Shown piece by piece: positions 1 to 9,030 of a stretch of 64,000 nt of DNA. A model generated the notes under the pieces. That model did not search any database. It was not told where the DNA came from and saw only the letters and a program-made list of their open reading frames with translations. Origin of the DNA: Acidimicrobiales bacterium (GTDB lineage: Bacteria; Actinomycetota; Acidimicrobiia; Acidimicrobiales; SZUA-35); contig JAHDDW010000007.1 in assembly GCA_020629155.1 (NCBI GenBank), positions 17,525 to 81,524 of the forward strand. Direction: 5' to 3'. Within the stretch, counting starts at the first letter, position 1. The number at the start of each line of letters is the position of its first letter. Both the position numbers and the translations under genes were made by a program.

Positions 1-611
1 AAGGCGACTAAACCGTAGCGACTCACCGAGCCATAGGTCGGCTTCATCCCGACAATGCCGCAAAGCGACGCTGGCTGGCGAATCGAACCACCCGTGTCAG
101 ACCCAAGCGACAACGGCACATAGTCGGCAGCGACCGCAGCCGCCGAACCACCAGAAGAACCGCCAGGCACACGGGAGGTATCAAGCGGATTTTTTGTGGG
201 GCCAAAAGCCGAGTTTTCGGTCGATGAACCCATCGCGAACTCGTCCATGTTTGTCTTACCGATCATCACTGCATCAGCAGCGCTGAGCTTTTCGACAACC
301 GTCGCGTCATAGGGCGGCACCCAACCTTCAAGCATTTTAGAAGAACACGTCGTGGCGATATTTTTTGTGCACATGTTGTCTTTCACCGCAACAGGCACCC
401 CAGCGAGCGGGCCGACCTCTTCACCGGCAGCGACTTTTTTATCGACTGCTTCTGCCTGCGCTAATGCTTGTTCGCCAGCCACTGTATTAAACGCATTGAT
501 TTCGCCGTCTTTTGTTTCGATCTGTGCGAGGGCTGCTTCGGTGACTGACACCGCGCTCACGCTGCCAGATCGAATTTCTTGTGCTAGCTGCACCGCTGTT
601 TTTTGACTCAT
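1..611 (-). CDS. gatA: Glu-tRNA(Gln)/Asp-tRNA(Asn) amidotransferase subunit A, N-terminal part (gene runs off the left edge)
   Basis: Absent from the ORF track because it is truncated. My reverse-complement translation from ATG at 611 reads [28 protein letters not shown]... and further on ...[19 protein letters not shown] (amidase signature). ATGA stop/start overlap with gatC at 608-611. Confidence 0.9.
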   Translation of the reverse strand, partial: MSQKTAVQLAQEIRSGSVSAVSVTEAALAQIETKDGEINAFNTVAGEQALAQAEAVDKKVAAGEEVGPLAGVPVAVKDNMCTKNIATTCSSKMLEGWVPPYDATVVEKLSAADAVMIGKTNMDEFAMGSSTENSAFGPTKNPLDTSRVPGGSSGGSAAAVAADYVPLSLGSDTGGSIRQPASLCGIVGMKPTYGSVSRYGLVA

Positions 612-925
612 CGTTCTTCCCCTAATGCTGGTGGCACTTTAAACTGGTTTGCTTCAACATCTGGAGCAGTCGCCAGTGCACCTTGTTTCACATCAACACG
701 TTCAATTTCATCGTCTCTGAAAACGTTCTGCAAACCAAATGGGTGCGCTGTTGGTTCGAACTTGTCTAAATCGAATGCGTCAAGCTCAGATGCTAGATCC
801 AAAATGGATTCAAGCTGCGGCGTGAACGCTTCAACTTGGCTTTCGTCTAGGTTCAACATCGCGAGTTCGGAAACTTTTTGGACATCTTCTTTAGATAATT
901 TTTTATTGTTTTCAGTTTCAGTCAC
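608..925 (-). CDS. gatC: Glu-tRNA(Gln) amidotransferase subunit C
   Basis: 105-aa ORF with GatC-like sequence ([34 protein letters not shown]...), immediately upstream of and overlapping gatA. Confidence 0.9.
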   Translation of the reverse strand: MTETENNKKLSKEDVQKVSELAMLNLDESQVEAFTPQLESILDLASELDAFDLDKFEPTAHPFGLQNVFRDDEIERVDVKQGALATAPDVEANQFKVPPALGEER

Positions 926-960
926 CAGTAAATACTAGTCGGTTCAGATAGCATCTCGAC

Positions 961-1377
961 GTGACTTCTAATTTATTTTTATCGAAAGAATGGATCGATG
1001 CAGCAAAGGCGCTGCAAGCAGAACATGCAGCCGATCTGCCAGAACCAACACTTTCGACGCAAGTGAACGTAAACATCACCAACGTTGAGCATCGAGGCGG
1101 CGAAACACTTGCAGGCCATATCGACACGACCAAAGGTGTTCTGATAATAGAAGAAGGCCATCTGGACGCTGTGGAGCTGACAGTCACGACCGATTATGAA
1201 ACCGCCTATAGCATTTTTGTGGAACGAGACCAAGAAGCTGCAATGACTGCCTTTATCGGTGGCAAAGTGCTTGTCGAAGGCGACGCGAGCAAACTGCTTG
1301 CACTGCAAACCCAAAACATAGACCCAGACCCAGCAACCGCAAAACTTATCGAAGCAATAGACGCTATTACGACGTAA
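961..1377 (+). CDS. SCP2 sterol-carrier-like domain protein
   Basis: 138-aa ORF with an SCP2-like C-terminal pattern (MTAFIGGKVLVEGDASKLLALQ). Non-ATG start inferred from the track. Confidence 0.55.
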   Translation: MTSNLFLSKEWIDAAKALQAEHAADLPEPTLSTQVNVNITNVEHRGGETLAGHIDTTKGVLIIEEGHLDAVELTVTTDYETAYSIFVERDQEAAMTAFIGGKVLVEGDASKLLALQTQNIDPDPATAKLIEAIDAITT

Positions 1378-1496
1378 TGGCTTACTTCCATCGTGGGGTT
1401 GCATCCGCTTCTATAGAGATAAACCCAATCATCTAAGACATCTAATAAAGACTCAATCCCGATACGAGAACCATACCAAATCTAAAGTATTACGGT

Positions 1497-1545
1497 ATAG
1501 GCCACAGAACCTATCTGATGTAAACATCAGGGCCTTGTGGCCTAT
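1497..1545 (+). other. Long nested stem-loop in the spacer between the SCP2 gene and the secreted-protein gene
   Basis: ATAGGCCACA (1497-1506) pairs with TGTGGCCTAT (1536-1545). Inner stem CTGATG (1515-1520) / CATCAG (1525-1530) with a TAAA loop. No U-tract follows. Confidence 0.4.
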
Positions 1546-1609
1546 CTACAGTTAAGAAATCAACAGAATAAGACGATCATTTTACTGGTGAGGGGATGCA
1601 CTAGTTGGA

Positions 1610-3850
1610 TTGGCCATGAAAAGATTTGTCACAATTGTTTTAGCGCTGGTTTTTGTAGCAGCCACGCCACAAGCTATCTTTGCTAATGTTCGCATCGAAA
1701 ATTTTATGTCGACAGAGCTTTCCAACTCGTTAGACGGCACACGAGTATATGATTATGGCAGCGGCACTGATCATGAATTTACCACCACCGCAGATTTTGC
1801 TTCGGGCACGCTGAGCGACAACATTACCGCCCATGACGATGCGGCGGTTGTTAACCTTGACTGGTGGGATGAAGGCTGGACGAAACGGCAATGTTTCGAT
1901 ACAAAAACCTCTACCGCTTATGGGCAATACCCATTTCGTGCTGTCGTTGACACAACAGGGCTCGCCGACGACGACATTCGAGTTGTTGAAGCCTTGTTGC
2001 CTGGATCAAGCGCAACACCTCTGCCCCATTATACCGAAGGTGTTATCGGCACATCAGACACGGTCGTGTGGTTTCAAGGTGAAGGAACCATCGCAGGCAA
2101 AACCTATTGCGTGTATTTCAACAACAGCGACACCGCAGTAACAAGCACGTCTGATGAGATGGCACCGTTCACCTACACTAACGGCCAGTTCATAACCTAT
2201 TATGCTATGTTGCCTGCCTGGAATGGTGTTGGCGGCAACGGCGAGGTCGATGTTATTTCCTACATCAATGGCAATACGGTTTCAGATGGGACAACAACCG
2301 TCACACTCAATCAGGGCCAAATCCACACATTCACTGGCTTTAATCAAGACAGTTTTATCACCGCAACAGGCCCTATCGACGCTTCACATGACAGCAACGC
2401 CAAAGAAGCCTTGACTCCTGAAGGCTTCGCTGATAGCACCCATATTTTTCCAACCACTCGAAGCACGCAAAGCTACCATATTCGTTCACCTTATGGCGCA
2501 ACAACTATTGAGGCGGTGATTAACGGAACGGTTGTTTCGACTACCCCAATCAGTCCAGCAGATAGTGTTGTGAGCATTACCGAAAATGGGTCATCATATG
2601 TAACACTTCGCTCGACTGATGGCACCAAGTTTTTAGCAAGCCATGTCGCCACTGAGACCCATGACGCTTTTTCGGGTATTCCATGGTTCGGCGATGATCT
2701 CTATGGTGTTGCATCTGAAAACTTTCATATTGGTTCGCTAACGGCAACGACAGTTACACACACCAACCAAAACGGTGTCACGGGCACTGTTGGTATTCCT
2801 ACTGCGAGTCTTTACACAATCGCAGGTAACGGACCAGGCCGAGGTAACGGTATTGCTTACAGAATCGAACCTGGGGCGACAAAAATTGCGGCTATCCAGC
2901 AGCGCGACGATAACGGTGTGGAGTCCACTAGCTTTCTACCAGAGAGATTGCTTTCACAAACCTATCGCTTCCCTATCGACCATAATTATTGGACAATCGC
3001 CTGCCCGACGCCTGGCACACAAGTTTCTGTCAACGGCGGTGCTGCACAAAGCTGCAACGGCACCGTTGTCGGCAATCTCTGGTCGACGCTTGGCAACTAC
3101 AACGCTGGGCTTTTGGTCGAAGCTGACCGTCCAGTGTTTGTCTATTATGAATCTGACGCAAATAGTGACGAGCAAAATATTTATGGCGCTAAAGCTTCGA
3201 TTCCATTTACTGCTGGTGTCGGTATCGCTCCTCGCACTATAGAAATGTTTAACTCTTGCGGCAACTGGCTTTCGCCTAGCTTCGCGGTAAACGATGTGCT
3301 TGGATTAGCAAACATCGCTACGGACCTTTCAGCTGGCGGGTCATACACCTATCAGATATCATTCGACGGTGGGCCATTTACTGGCCCTGATGGCACCGCT
3401 GCAACGTCATATAGCGATGGCGACTATATACCGTATGTTTACGACGGCTCTTCTACTGCGCAAATTTTTGTGACGCTTTGTGGATCTGGTTCTGCAATTG
3501 AATCGGTTTCGTTTGAATGCAGTTTACAAGAAGTCTTTAGTGGCGATACTGTTGCGGTTGGAGGTGACGAAGCAGCGTTGCGTGTCTACCCAACGTTGAC
3601 AAATTCATCGCTCATCTATGAATCTTCAACCACGCCAGATAGCTACATTGTTTCTACCGATGTCGGAGCTGCGACACAAATCCAAGCCGCAACAGGAACA
3701 GTTACAAATCCTGCGCCACCATTTACGTCAGCGCCCTATAGCGTGCTTTTCAATTCAGTTTCTGCTCAAAACTCTACACTCACTGCAGCGGTGCGTGATG
3801 AAGGTAGCGTCTTGTTAGAAACTGTTGTTACCTTTGCAATTAACAGCTAA
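1610..3850 (+). CDS. Large secreted protein of unknown function
   Basis: 746-aa ORF with an N-terminal signal peptide (KRFVTIVLALVFVAATPQAIFA). Thr/Ser/Gly-rich and beta-rich composition; no motif I recognise. The start could be ATG at 1616. Confidence 0.7.
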   Translation: MAMKRFVTIVLALVFVAATPQAIFANVRIENFMSTELSNSLDGTRVYDYGSGTDHEFTTTADFASGTLSDNITAHDDAAVVNLDWWDEGWTKRQCFDTKTSTAYGQYPFRAVVDTTGLADDDIRVVEALLPGSSATPLPHYTEGVIGTSDTVVWFQGEGTIAGKTYCVYFNNSDTAVTSTSDEMAPFTYTNGQFITYYAMLPAWNGVGGNGEVDVISYINGNTVSDGTTTVTLNQGQIHTFTGFNQDSFITATGPIDASHDSNAKEALTPEGFADSTHIFPTTRSTQSYHIRSPYGATTIEAVINGTVVSTTPISPADSVVSITENGSSYVTLRSTDGTKFLASHVATETHDAFSGIPWFGDDLYGVASENFHIGSLTATTVTHTNQNGVTGTVGIPTASLYTIAGNGPGRGNGIAYRIEPGATKIAAIQQRDDNGVESTSFLPERLLSQTYRFPIDHNYWTIACPTPGTQVSVNGGAAQSCNGTVVGNLWSTLGNYNAGLLVEADRPVFVYYESDANSDEQNIYGAKASIPFTAGVGIAPRTIEMFNSCGNWLSPSFAVNDVLGLANIATDLSAGGSYTYQISFDGGPFTGPDGTAATSYSDGDYIPYVYDGSSTAQIFVTLCGSGSAIESVSFECSLQEVFSGDTVAVGGDEAALRVYPTLTNSSLIYESSTTPDSYIVSTDVGAATQIQAATGTVTNPAPPFTSAPYSVLFNSVSAQNSTLTAAVRDEGSVLLETVVTFAINS

Positions 3851-3940
3851 ATCATCTGCCGTTAAAAACGGCTGCAAAGCCAAGAACATATCCTATGCCC
3901 GGGTTCCTTTGATAGGCTTGTCTCCGACAAGGAGATGTTC

Positions 3941-5386
3941 ATGACAAAAGCTGACCTCGGGCTGATAGGCCTCGCCGTGATGGGGCAAAATCTGGCATTA
4001 AACTTCACAGATCAGGGAAACACTGTCGCTGTTTATAATCGCACAACATCTGTCACAACCGATTTTGTTGCTGGCCCTGGCGAAGGCCACAGCCTGATTG
4101 CTTGCGAAGACCTACAAACGTTCGTTTCGACTATTACACGTCCAAGACCGATACTGCTTATGGTTAAAGCTGGCCCTGTGGTCGATACTGTTATTGATCA
4201 GCTTCTCCCTTTCCTCGACGAAGGTGACATCATCATCGACGGCGGCAATTCGCTTTATACCGATTCGCAGCGACGTGTCGAAACGCTCGCAGATAAAGGC
4301 ATTCTTTTTGTCGGTTCTGGCGTTTCTGGTGGCGAAGAAGGCGCACGCACAGGTCCTTCTATCATGCCAGGCGGTAACGAGAACGCAGAAAAAACTGTTA
4401 TGCCGCTACTTAAATCAGTCGCTGCGGTTGCCAAAGACGGCAAACCTTGCTGCGAATGGTTAGGCCGTGGCGGCGCTGGGCATTACGTCAAGATGGTGCA
4501 CAACGGCATCGAATACGGCGATATGCAAGTACTTTCAGAGGCATACACAGTTATGAAAGCTATGGGCATGTCACATAGTGAAATGTCCGACACGTTTACC
4601 AGCTGGGATGAAGGGGTTCTCGACTCTTTTCTTGTCGAAATCACAGCCGATATTCTAAAAACGAACGATGATGATGGTTCTCCCCTTGTTGAGAAGATCC
4701 TCGACAAGGCTGGCCAGAAAGGCACCGGCAGGTGGACAGTTATTTCAGCGATGCAAGTTGGCCAGCCAGTCACGCTTGTAAGCGAAGCGGTAAGCGGACG
4801 CATTCTCTCATCGAAGAAGGAAGAACGTGGCCAGGCTGCTGCTATTTTAGAAGGCCCTAAGGCCATGATTGATCGTGACGCAATTTCTTTAGATGATCTG
4901 CGCGATTCTATCTATGGCGCGAAGATCGTCTCCTACGCACAAGGCTTTATGCTGCTTGAGGCTGCTTCGCAAGAATATGACTGGCATCTGAATCTTGGCG
5001 CGATTGCTGGTTTATGGCGCGAAGGTTGCATTATCAGAGCCGCTTTTTTAGACGATATCACCGCAGCGTTCGCTGCACAGCCTGACCTAAACTCGCTATT
5101 GCTCGACGCTGGTTTCGCGAGCCAGCTTAACGCTGCCCAGCAGGGTTGGCGCAACGTTGTCGCAACCGCAGTTGCAAATGGCATCGCTATTCCTGCATTT
5201 GCGTCGGGTCTGTCATTTTATGATGGGTATCGCACCGCAAACGGTTCGGCGAATATGATCCAAGCAATGCGAGATTATTTCGGCGCACACACCTATGAAC
5301 GAGTTGACAAACCTGCCGGCGAATGGTTCCATACTAACTGGACAGGCACAGGCGGATCAACCACTTCAGGCAGCTACAGCGCCTAG
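3941..5386 (+). CDS. gnd: 6-phosphogluconate dehydrogenase (decarboxylating)
   Basis: N-terminal Rossmann motif GLIGLAVMGQNLALN and full-length Gnd-like sequence. AAGGAG lies 6 nt before the ATG at 3941; the track ORF starts two codons earlier at 3935. Confidence 0.93.
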   Translation: MTKADLGLIGLAVMGQNLALNFTDQGNTVAVYNRTTSVTTDFVAGPGEGHSLIACEDLQTFVSTITRPRPILLMVKAGPVVDTVIDQLLPFLDEGDIIIDGGNSLYTDSQRRVETLADKGILFVGSGVSGGEEGARTGPSIMPGGNENAEKTVMPLLKSVAAVAKDGKPCCEWLGRGGAGHYVKMVHNGIEYGDMQVLSEAYTVMKAMGMSHSEMSDTFTSWDEGVLDSFLVEITADILKTNDDDGSPLVEKILDKAGQKGTGRWTVISAMQVGQPVTLVSEAVSGRILSSKKEERGQAAAILEGPKAMIDRDAISLDDLRDSIYGAKIVSYAQGFMLLEAASQEYDWHLNLGAIAGLWREGCIIRAAFLDDITAAFAAQPDLNSLLLDAGFASQLNAAQQGWRNVVATAVANGIAIPAFASGLSFYDGYRTANGSANMIQAMRDYFGAHTYERVDKPAGEWFHTNWTGTGGSTTSGSYSA

Positions 5387-5511
5387 CCAACCTAGCAAGT
5401 TAGCGGCCAGTTGTAGACCACTCTATGTAGTGTTGCTTCACAGTTGTCACAGATTGGTGAGTTGTTCTTCACAGATTTTGGTTTGTGGTTAGTTGTGTTA
5501 GGATTGGTTTC

Positions 5512-5739
5512 ATGATTCAGAAGCCGAAATACACTTTGAACGAGATGCGAGACATGAGCCTAGCGGAACGAAAAGCCAAGCTTCCTAAAGCTCGACTTAT
5601 TACTGATGAATCTGAACTATCAACTAAAGATAAGAACTGGGTTGATTCTTGTGTAAACAACTTTGTTGAGAAAGTCCAAAGAGCAGAAAAGGCAACTGAC
5701 CATGCTTACAAGATTTTTCAGGGTACCGACACAGAGTGA
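5512..5739 (+). CDS. Small hypothetical protein, antitoxin-position gene of a two-gene cassette
   Basis: 75 aa from the ATG at 5512 (AGGA 8 nt upstream). Charged and helical. Its stop overlaps the next ORF's start (GTGA). Confidence 0.45.
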   Translation: MIQKPKYTLNEMRDMSLAERKAKLPKARLITDESELSTKDKNWVDSCVNNFVEKVQRAEKATDHAYKIFQGTDTE

Positions 5740-6041
5740 TTCGCAAAGTTAAAGTTTCTTCAAATGCTTTCGATAAACTCGATGTCTTGCTGCCAGTGAA
5801 ACTCCCTGGGTTTCCTGAAGAATTCACGGTCCAAGATTTTATAGACCTGGAACTTCCTGAAATCATAAACAAATTTGCAACAGAGTTTGATGACTTGCCT
5901 GCATCTGAAACTCAATTACCCAGATACAGATATGCCATTTTTGCTGGACTCATCATCCCTAAGATAGTAGCCTTTGGATTTCTCCACGCTAACAACGAAA
6001 TCTCAGTTCTTGATCTAGAATTAAACCTCAACCAAGTGTGA
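5736..6041 (+). CDS. Small hypothetical protein, toxin-position gene (possibly RelE/ParE-superfamily-like)
   Basis: 101-aa ORF overlapping the upstream ORF by 4 nt. It shares the pattern DF-x3-(E/D)L-x2-I-x5-(F/W)D-x-(L/F)P with the degraded ORF at 12711-12966. Confidence 0.4.
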   Translation: MIRKVKVSSNAFDKLDVLLPVKLPGFPEEFTVQDFIDLELPEIINKFATEFDDLPASETQLPRYRYAIFAGLIIPKIVAFGFLHANNEISVLDLELNLNQV

Positions 6042-6077
6042 AGCAACACCAAAACCGGTACCCCTTTAACTGTTAAG

Positions 6078-7253
6078 TCACCTTCCAGTTGTAGACCAAT
6101 GCCATGGCTCGCTAGGCAAGTTTTTCAGACCGTAATTAGCGGCGTTTGCTTTTAACCAACGGAAACCTGAACTGCTGCTATTTAGTGAAGACCCATTTTG
6201 CGTAAAATCGATAGCTAAACCTGTCTCATGTTGCGAGGACCCAGGACGTGCCGTTGGAGGACGGCAACTGCTCGACCGTTTCTGGTAAATATTGTATTGC
6301 GTGTTACCTCCGCAATTTTGAATCCGAAGCTCGATCTGTCTTTGATGTGACCGCAACCCCCAACCACCGAATTTGATACCATCAGCCGCTGCATCATCAA
6401 GAAGGTTCTGAATATCTGTCGCTATCGAAGCCCTAACCTCTATTGTGTCGCCTGTAGCGGTTTTTACCGTCGCAACCTCAATTGTGCCACCAGCTGCAGT
6501 ATTTACGTCTTTTGTACCAGGCCCGATAAGCTCCTCGATATCGTCATCAAGCTCGACTTCATCATTAAGTGCTTCTATCTGAGCTATCAACTCTCGAAGC
6601 TCTTCTTTAACTTTTTTTGCTTCTTCTTGACGCTCTTCTTCTTCCTGCTCGAAAGCGACAAGCTGCTTTTCATATTCAGCTTTAGCTGTTTCGGCATTGA
6701 GCTCGTTGCCTAACGCAACTCTTTTGTTTTGTTTTGCAATTTGATACTGCTCTATTTTATTAAAGTCGCTATCTGTCAACTCATCCAAAAAATATTCACT
6801 TCGCTGGTACGCCAGATTTTCACTCATCCCGTTCTCTTCATCAACCGCAATCGGGTCTAGCGGCGAAATTTGTGATGAAATATACCCATCAATAAGATTT
6901 GAAGCTAACCCTTCTTCAAGGTCTGCGATTTCCACATCTAATGCAGCAATCTCTTCTTTTGCTACTGCTATAGTACTATCTGCGTCAACAATGCCTTGTT
7001 CTGCGTTACCAATTGATTGTTTCGTCGCAGAAATAGAACGCTGCACATCTTTAATCGACTGATTTATCTGCTTTTCACGTTCGAGGGCGTCACGAACTGC
7101 TTCTTGTAACGTCTCTGCCTCAGATGCTTCTTGCGCCGCATACGTTCCAGACTGTGCCAACTGAGAAACAAACACCAGCGTCGCTACAGCAATAATAAAC
7201 CGGGCAACCATTTTTTTGCTTTGCAACACCACAACCCACCTCCGCCGATCCAT
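6078..7253 (-). CDS. Secreted coiled-coil protein with C-terminal M15B (VanY-like) D-Ala-D-Ala carboxypeptidase domain
   Basis: Signal/anchor segment FIIAVATLVFVSQLAQS, then a long Glu/Lys-rich coiled coil. C-terminal motifs: GWGLRSHQRQ, HETGLAIDF, EPWHWS. The true start may be GTG 7232 or ATG 7211. Confidence 0.8.
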   Translation of the reverse strand: MDRRRWVVVLQSKKMVARFIIAVATLVFVSQLAQSGTYAAQEASEAETLQEAVRDALEREKQINQSIKDVQRSISATKQSIGNAEQGIVDADSTIAVAKEEIAALDVEIADLEEGLASNLIDGYISSQISPLDPIAVDEENGMSENLAYQRSEYFLDELTDSDFNKIEQYQIAKQNKRVALGNELNAETAKAEYEKQLVAFEQEEEERQEEAKKVKEELRELIAQIEALNDEVELDDDIEELIGPGTKDVNTAAGGTIEVATVKTATGDTIEVRASIATDIQNLLDDAAADGIKFGGWGLRSHQRQIELRIQNCGGNTQYNIYQKRSSSCRPPTARPGSSQHETGLAIDFTQNGSSLNSSSSGFRWLKANAANYGLKNLPSEPWHWSTTGR

Positions 7254-7406
7254 GTTTGTGGTTACTTCTACATGATAACAGCATCAGTGGCTAATATATC
7301 TCCACCAGGCAGAACCTATGCCAAGATTGGGCCAAAGGAGCAACAACCAGAGGGTATCTAGAATTCCTAGAGTACCCTTGATCAGGTTCTCTAACGGTGG
7401 TTTGAT

Positions 7407-8255
7407 GTGCCTTTCTCTTTCTCATTAGTCATGTTGCAATGGTCTGTCGGTGGACTATTTTTTCTGTGGGTTACAACTCGCCTGCGTGTCGTTGGCTTGG
7501 GATACGGCCAAATGATGCGCATTACCTACGCTTTAATGGCCGCCGCAGCGTTTAGCATAGGGCTCGCCTGGAATGCAAGCCCGCTACAAAATGCAGCCGC
7601 ATGCGTTACCGCGATAGCTTCTGTTGGCGCGTTAACCCAATCAGTTCGCTATCGGTCTGCTGGCGTTTCAGGACAAACTGCAATCGCAACGCAACGCAGC
7701 GAACGAGTCGCCGCCATGACAGGCATCGATCGCGCCCCGCAACAAAAAGACGCCACAGCAACCGAGTTTGACCCCAACTATGATTTGATAGCCCCAGCAG
7801 CAGGACTACTTGGCGTTGTCGCTGTGGGTGTAGAAGCTGGCGGCCCAGTTTGGCTCCACCTTGCACGACTTATCGTCGGGGCTTTATTCCTCGGCGTTGT
7901 CAGCGACGCTATGCTACTTGGCCATTGGTATCTTGTTCAACCAGGGTTGGGCCGCAAACCATTACGCGACCTTGTTTTGTGGTCTTCGGTTTTATTGCTG
8001 CCCGAAGTAGCACTTTTGCTTATCCCAACTGGCATGTTTTCGGTTTTTTCTGGAGCTATCAATGATGGCTACGGCGGGATTTTAGGCTGGTTTTGGATTG
8101 CTTCTGCTTTGACTACTGCTGGCCTCTTTTTTATGTCTTGGGTAGCGTTGAAAGAAAAACAATACTCTGCTGTCATGGCTGCAACAGGGCTGTTGTATCT
8201 AGCCATTTTAACGGCTTTCTCAATTGACCTTGTCGCTCGCGCTTTACTTCGCTAA
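7407..8255 (+). CDS. Integral membrane protein, unknown function
   Basis: 282-aa ORF with multiple hydrophobic segments; no recognisable motif. Confidence 0.6.
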   Translation: MPFSFSLVMLQWSVGGLFFLWVTTRLRVVGLGYGQMMRITYALMAAAAFSIGLAWNASPLQNAAACVTAIASVGALTQSVRYRSAGVSGQTAIATQRSERVAAMTGIDRAPQQKDATATEFDPNYDLIAPAAGLLGVVAVGVEAGGPVWLHLARLIVGALFLGVVSDAMLLGHWYLVQPGLGRKPLRDLVLWSSVLLLPEVALLLIPTGMFSVFSGAINDGYGGILGWFWIASALTTAGLFFMSWVALKEKQYSAVMAATGLLYLAILTAFSIDLVARALLR

Positions 8256-8277
8256 CTTAATGAGTTAATGAAGGCAG

Positions 8278-8307
8278 CTTTGAGGCGCACAAGACAACCT
8301 CAAAGCT
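8278..8307. terminator. Stem-loop between convergent genes (possible bidirectional terminator)
   Basis: GCTTTGAGG (8278-8286) pairs with CCTCAAAGC (8299-8307) around a 12-nt loop. It lies between the ends of 7407-8255 (+) and sodC (-). T-tracts are weak. Confidence 0.45.
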
Positions 8308-8328
8308 ATTCGCTGTGGTGGTTTCTGC

Positions 8329-8919
8329 TTACGATTCAACCAATTCGATCACACCGCAACCGTGACGGTCTCCTGCATTACCTGTCGGCTGGCCAAAGTC
8401 ATCTTCGTCAGCGTGGAAAATAATTGCGTGACCAACAACATCTGTTTCTGCGCCATCGCCAAGAGTCCAGGCATCCAGAGAAATTTCAAGTGTGCCGTTT
8501 CCTTCAGCGTCAACAACTATATTGCCCATATCGCCGATGTGTGATTCTTCGGCATTTGGCTCGCCATGATCACTATCTTCTTCAAGTGACCAGTGGCCAC
8601 CAGCTGCTTTTCCTGCATCTTCACAAGAACCATCGGCATGAATATGGATACCGTGTGCACCTTCTTCAGCGTTAGCAACTGAAATGTTTGCCGTGACTTT
8701 ACCGTCAACATCTTGAGAATAGACAGCTTCGCCGGTCATCTTTATTTCGCTATCTGTTCCTGAAAGTGCGGCTTTTGCTGTTGGTGCCTTTGCGCTTTCA
8801 TCAGTCGTCGCTGCAACAGTCGTGGTATCCTCGCTAGCACCTTCAGCACTTTCCGAGGAGCAAGCGCTTAGCGCTACTACTGACATGGCAATAATTGCTA
8901 GTGACTTCTTACGTTTCAT
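8329..8919 (-). CDS. sodC: Cu/Zn superoxide dismutase, lipoprotein
   Basis: Lipobox LSAC after the signal peptide. Metal-ligand motifs HGIHIHADGSC, GGHW, HIGDMGN and NAGDRHGCGVI. Confidence 0.9.
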   Translation of the reverse strand: MKRKKSLAIIAMSVVALSACSSESAEGASEDTTTVAATTDESAKAPTAKAALSGTDSEIKMTGEAVYSQDVDGKVTANISVANAEEGAHGIHIHADGSCEDAGKAAGGHWSLEEDSDHGEPNAEESHIGDMGNIVVDAEGNGTLEISLDAWTLGDGAETDVVGHAIIFHADEDDFGQPTGNAGDRHGCGVIELVES

Positions 8920-9030
8920 TACATAATCCTTTATATAGAGTTATATCAATTCACGACAGACTAACATGATTCAAAGCTTCATGCTCACACAGCAACAAGG
9001 TTGCATTATTGCTGAAACATTCAGGTCATT

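Larger units (their letters stand above)
5400..6098. mobile_element. Integrase-less inserted cassette (cis-mobilisable-element-like) bounded by duplicated 3' end of the M15 peptidase gene
   Basis: 14-bp perfect direct repeat CCAGTTGTAGACCA at 5407-5420 and 6085-6098. On the minus strand both copies read W-S-T-T-G-R-stop (TGGTCTACAACTGGCCGCTAA vs TGGTCTACAACTGGAAGGTGA). 13-bp perfect inverted repeat GTGTTGCTTCACA at 5430-5442 / 6037-6049. The interior is AT-richer by eye. Confidence 0.6.

Noticed and set aside
352-938. Plus-strand track ORFs 352-606 and 603-938
   Set aside because: They lie antisense within gatA and gatC, whose products are unmistakable. Their Ser/Ala/Thr-rich composition is typical of shadow frames.
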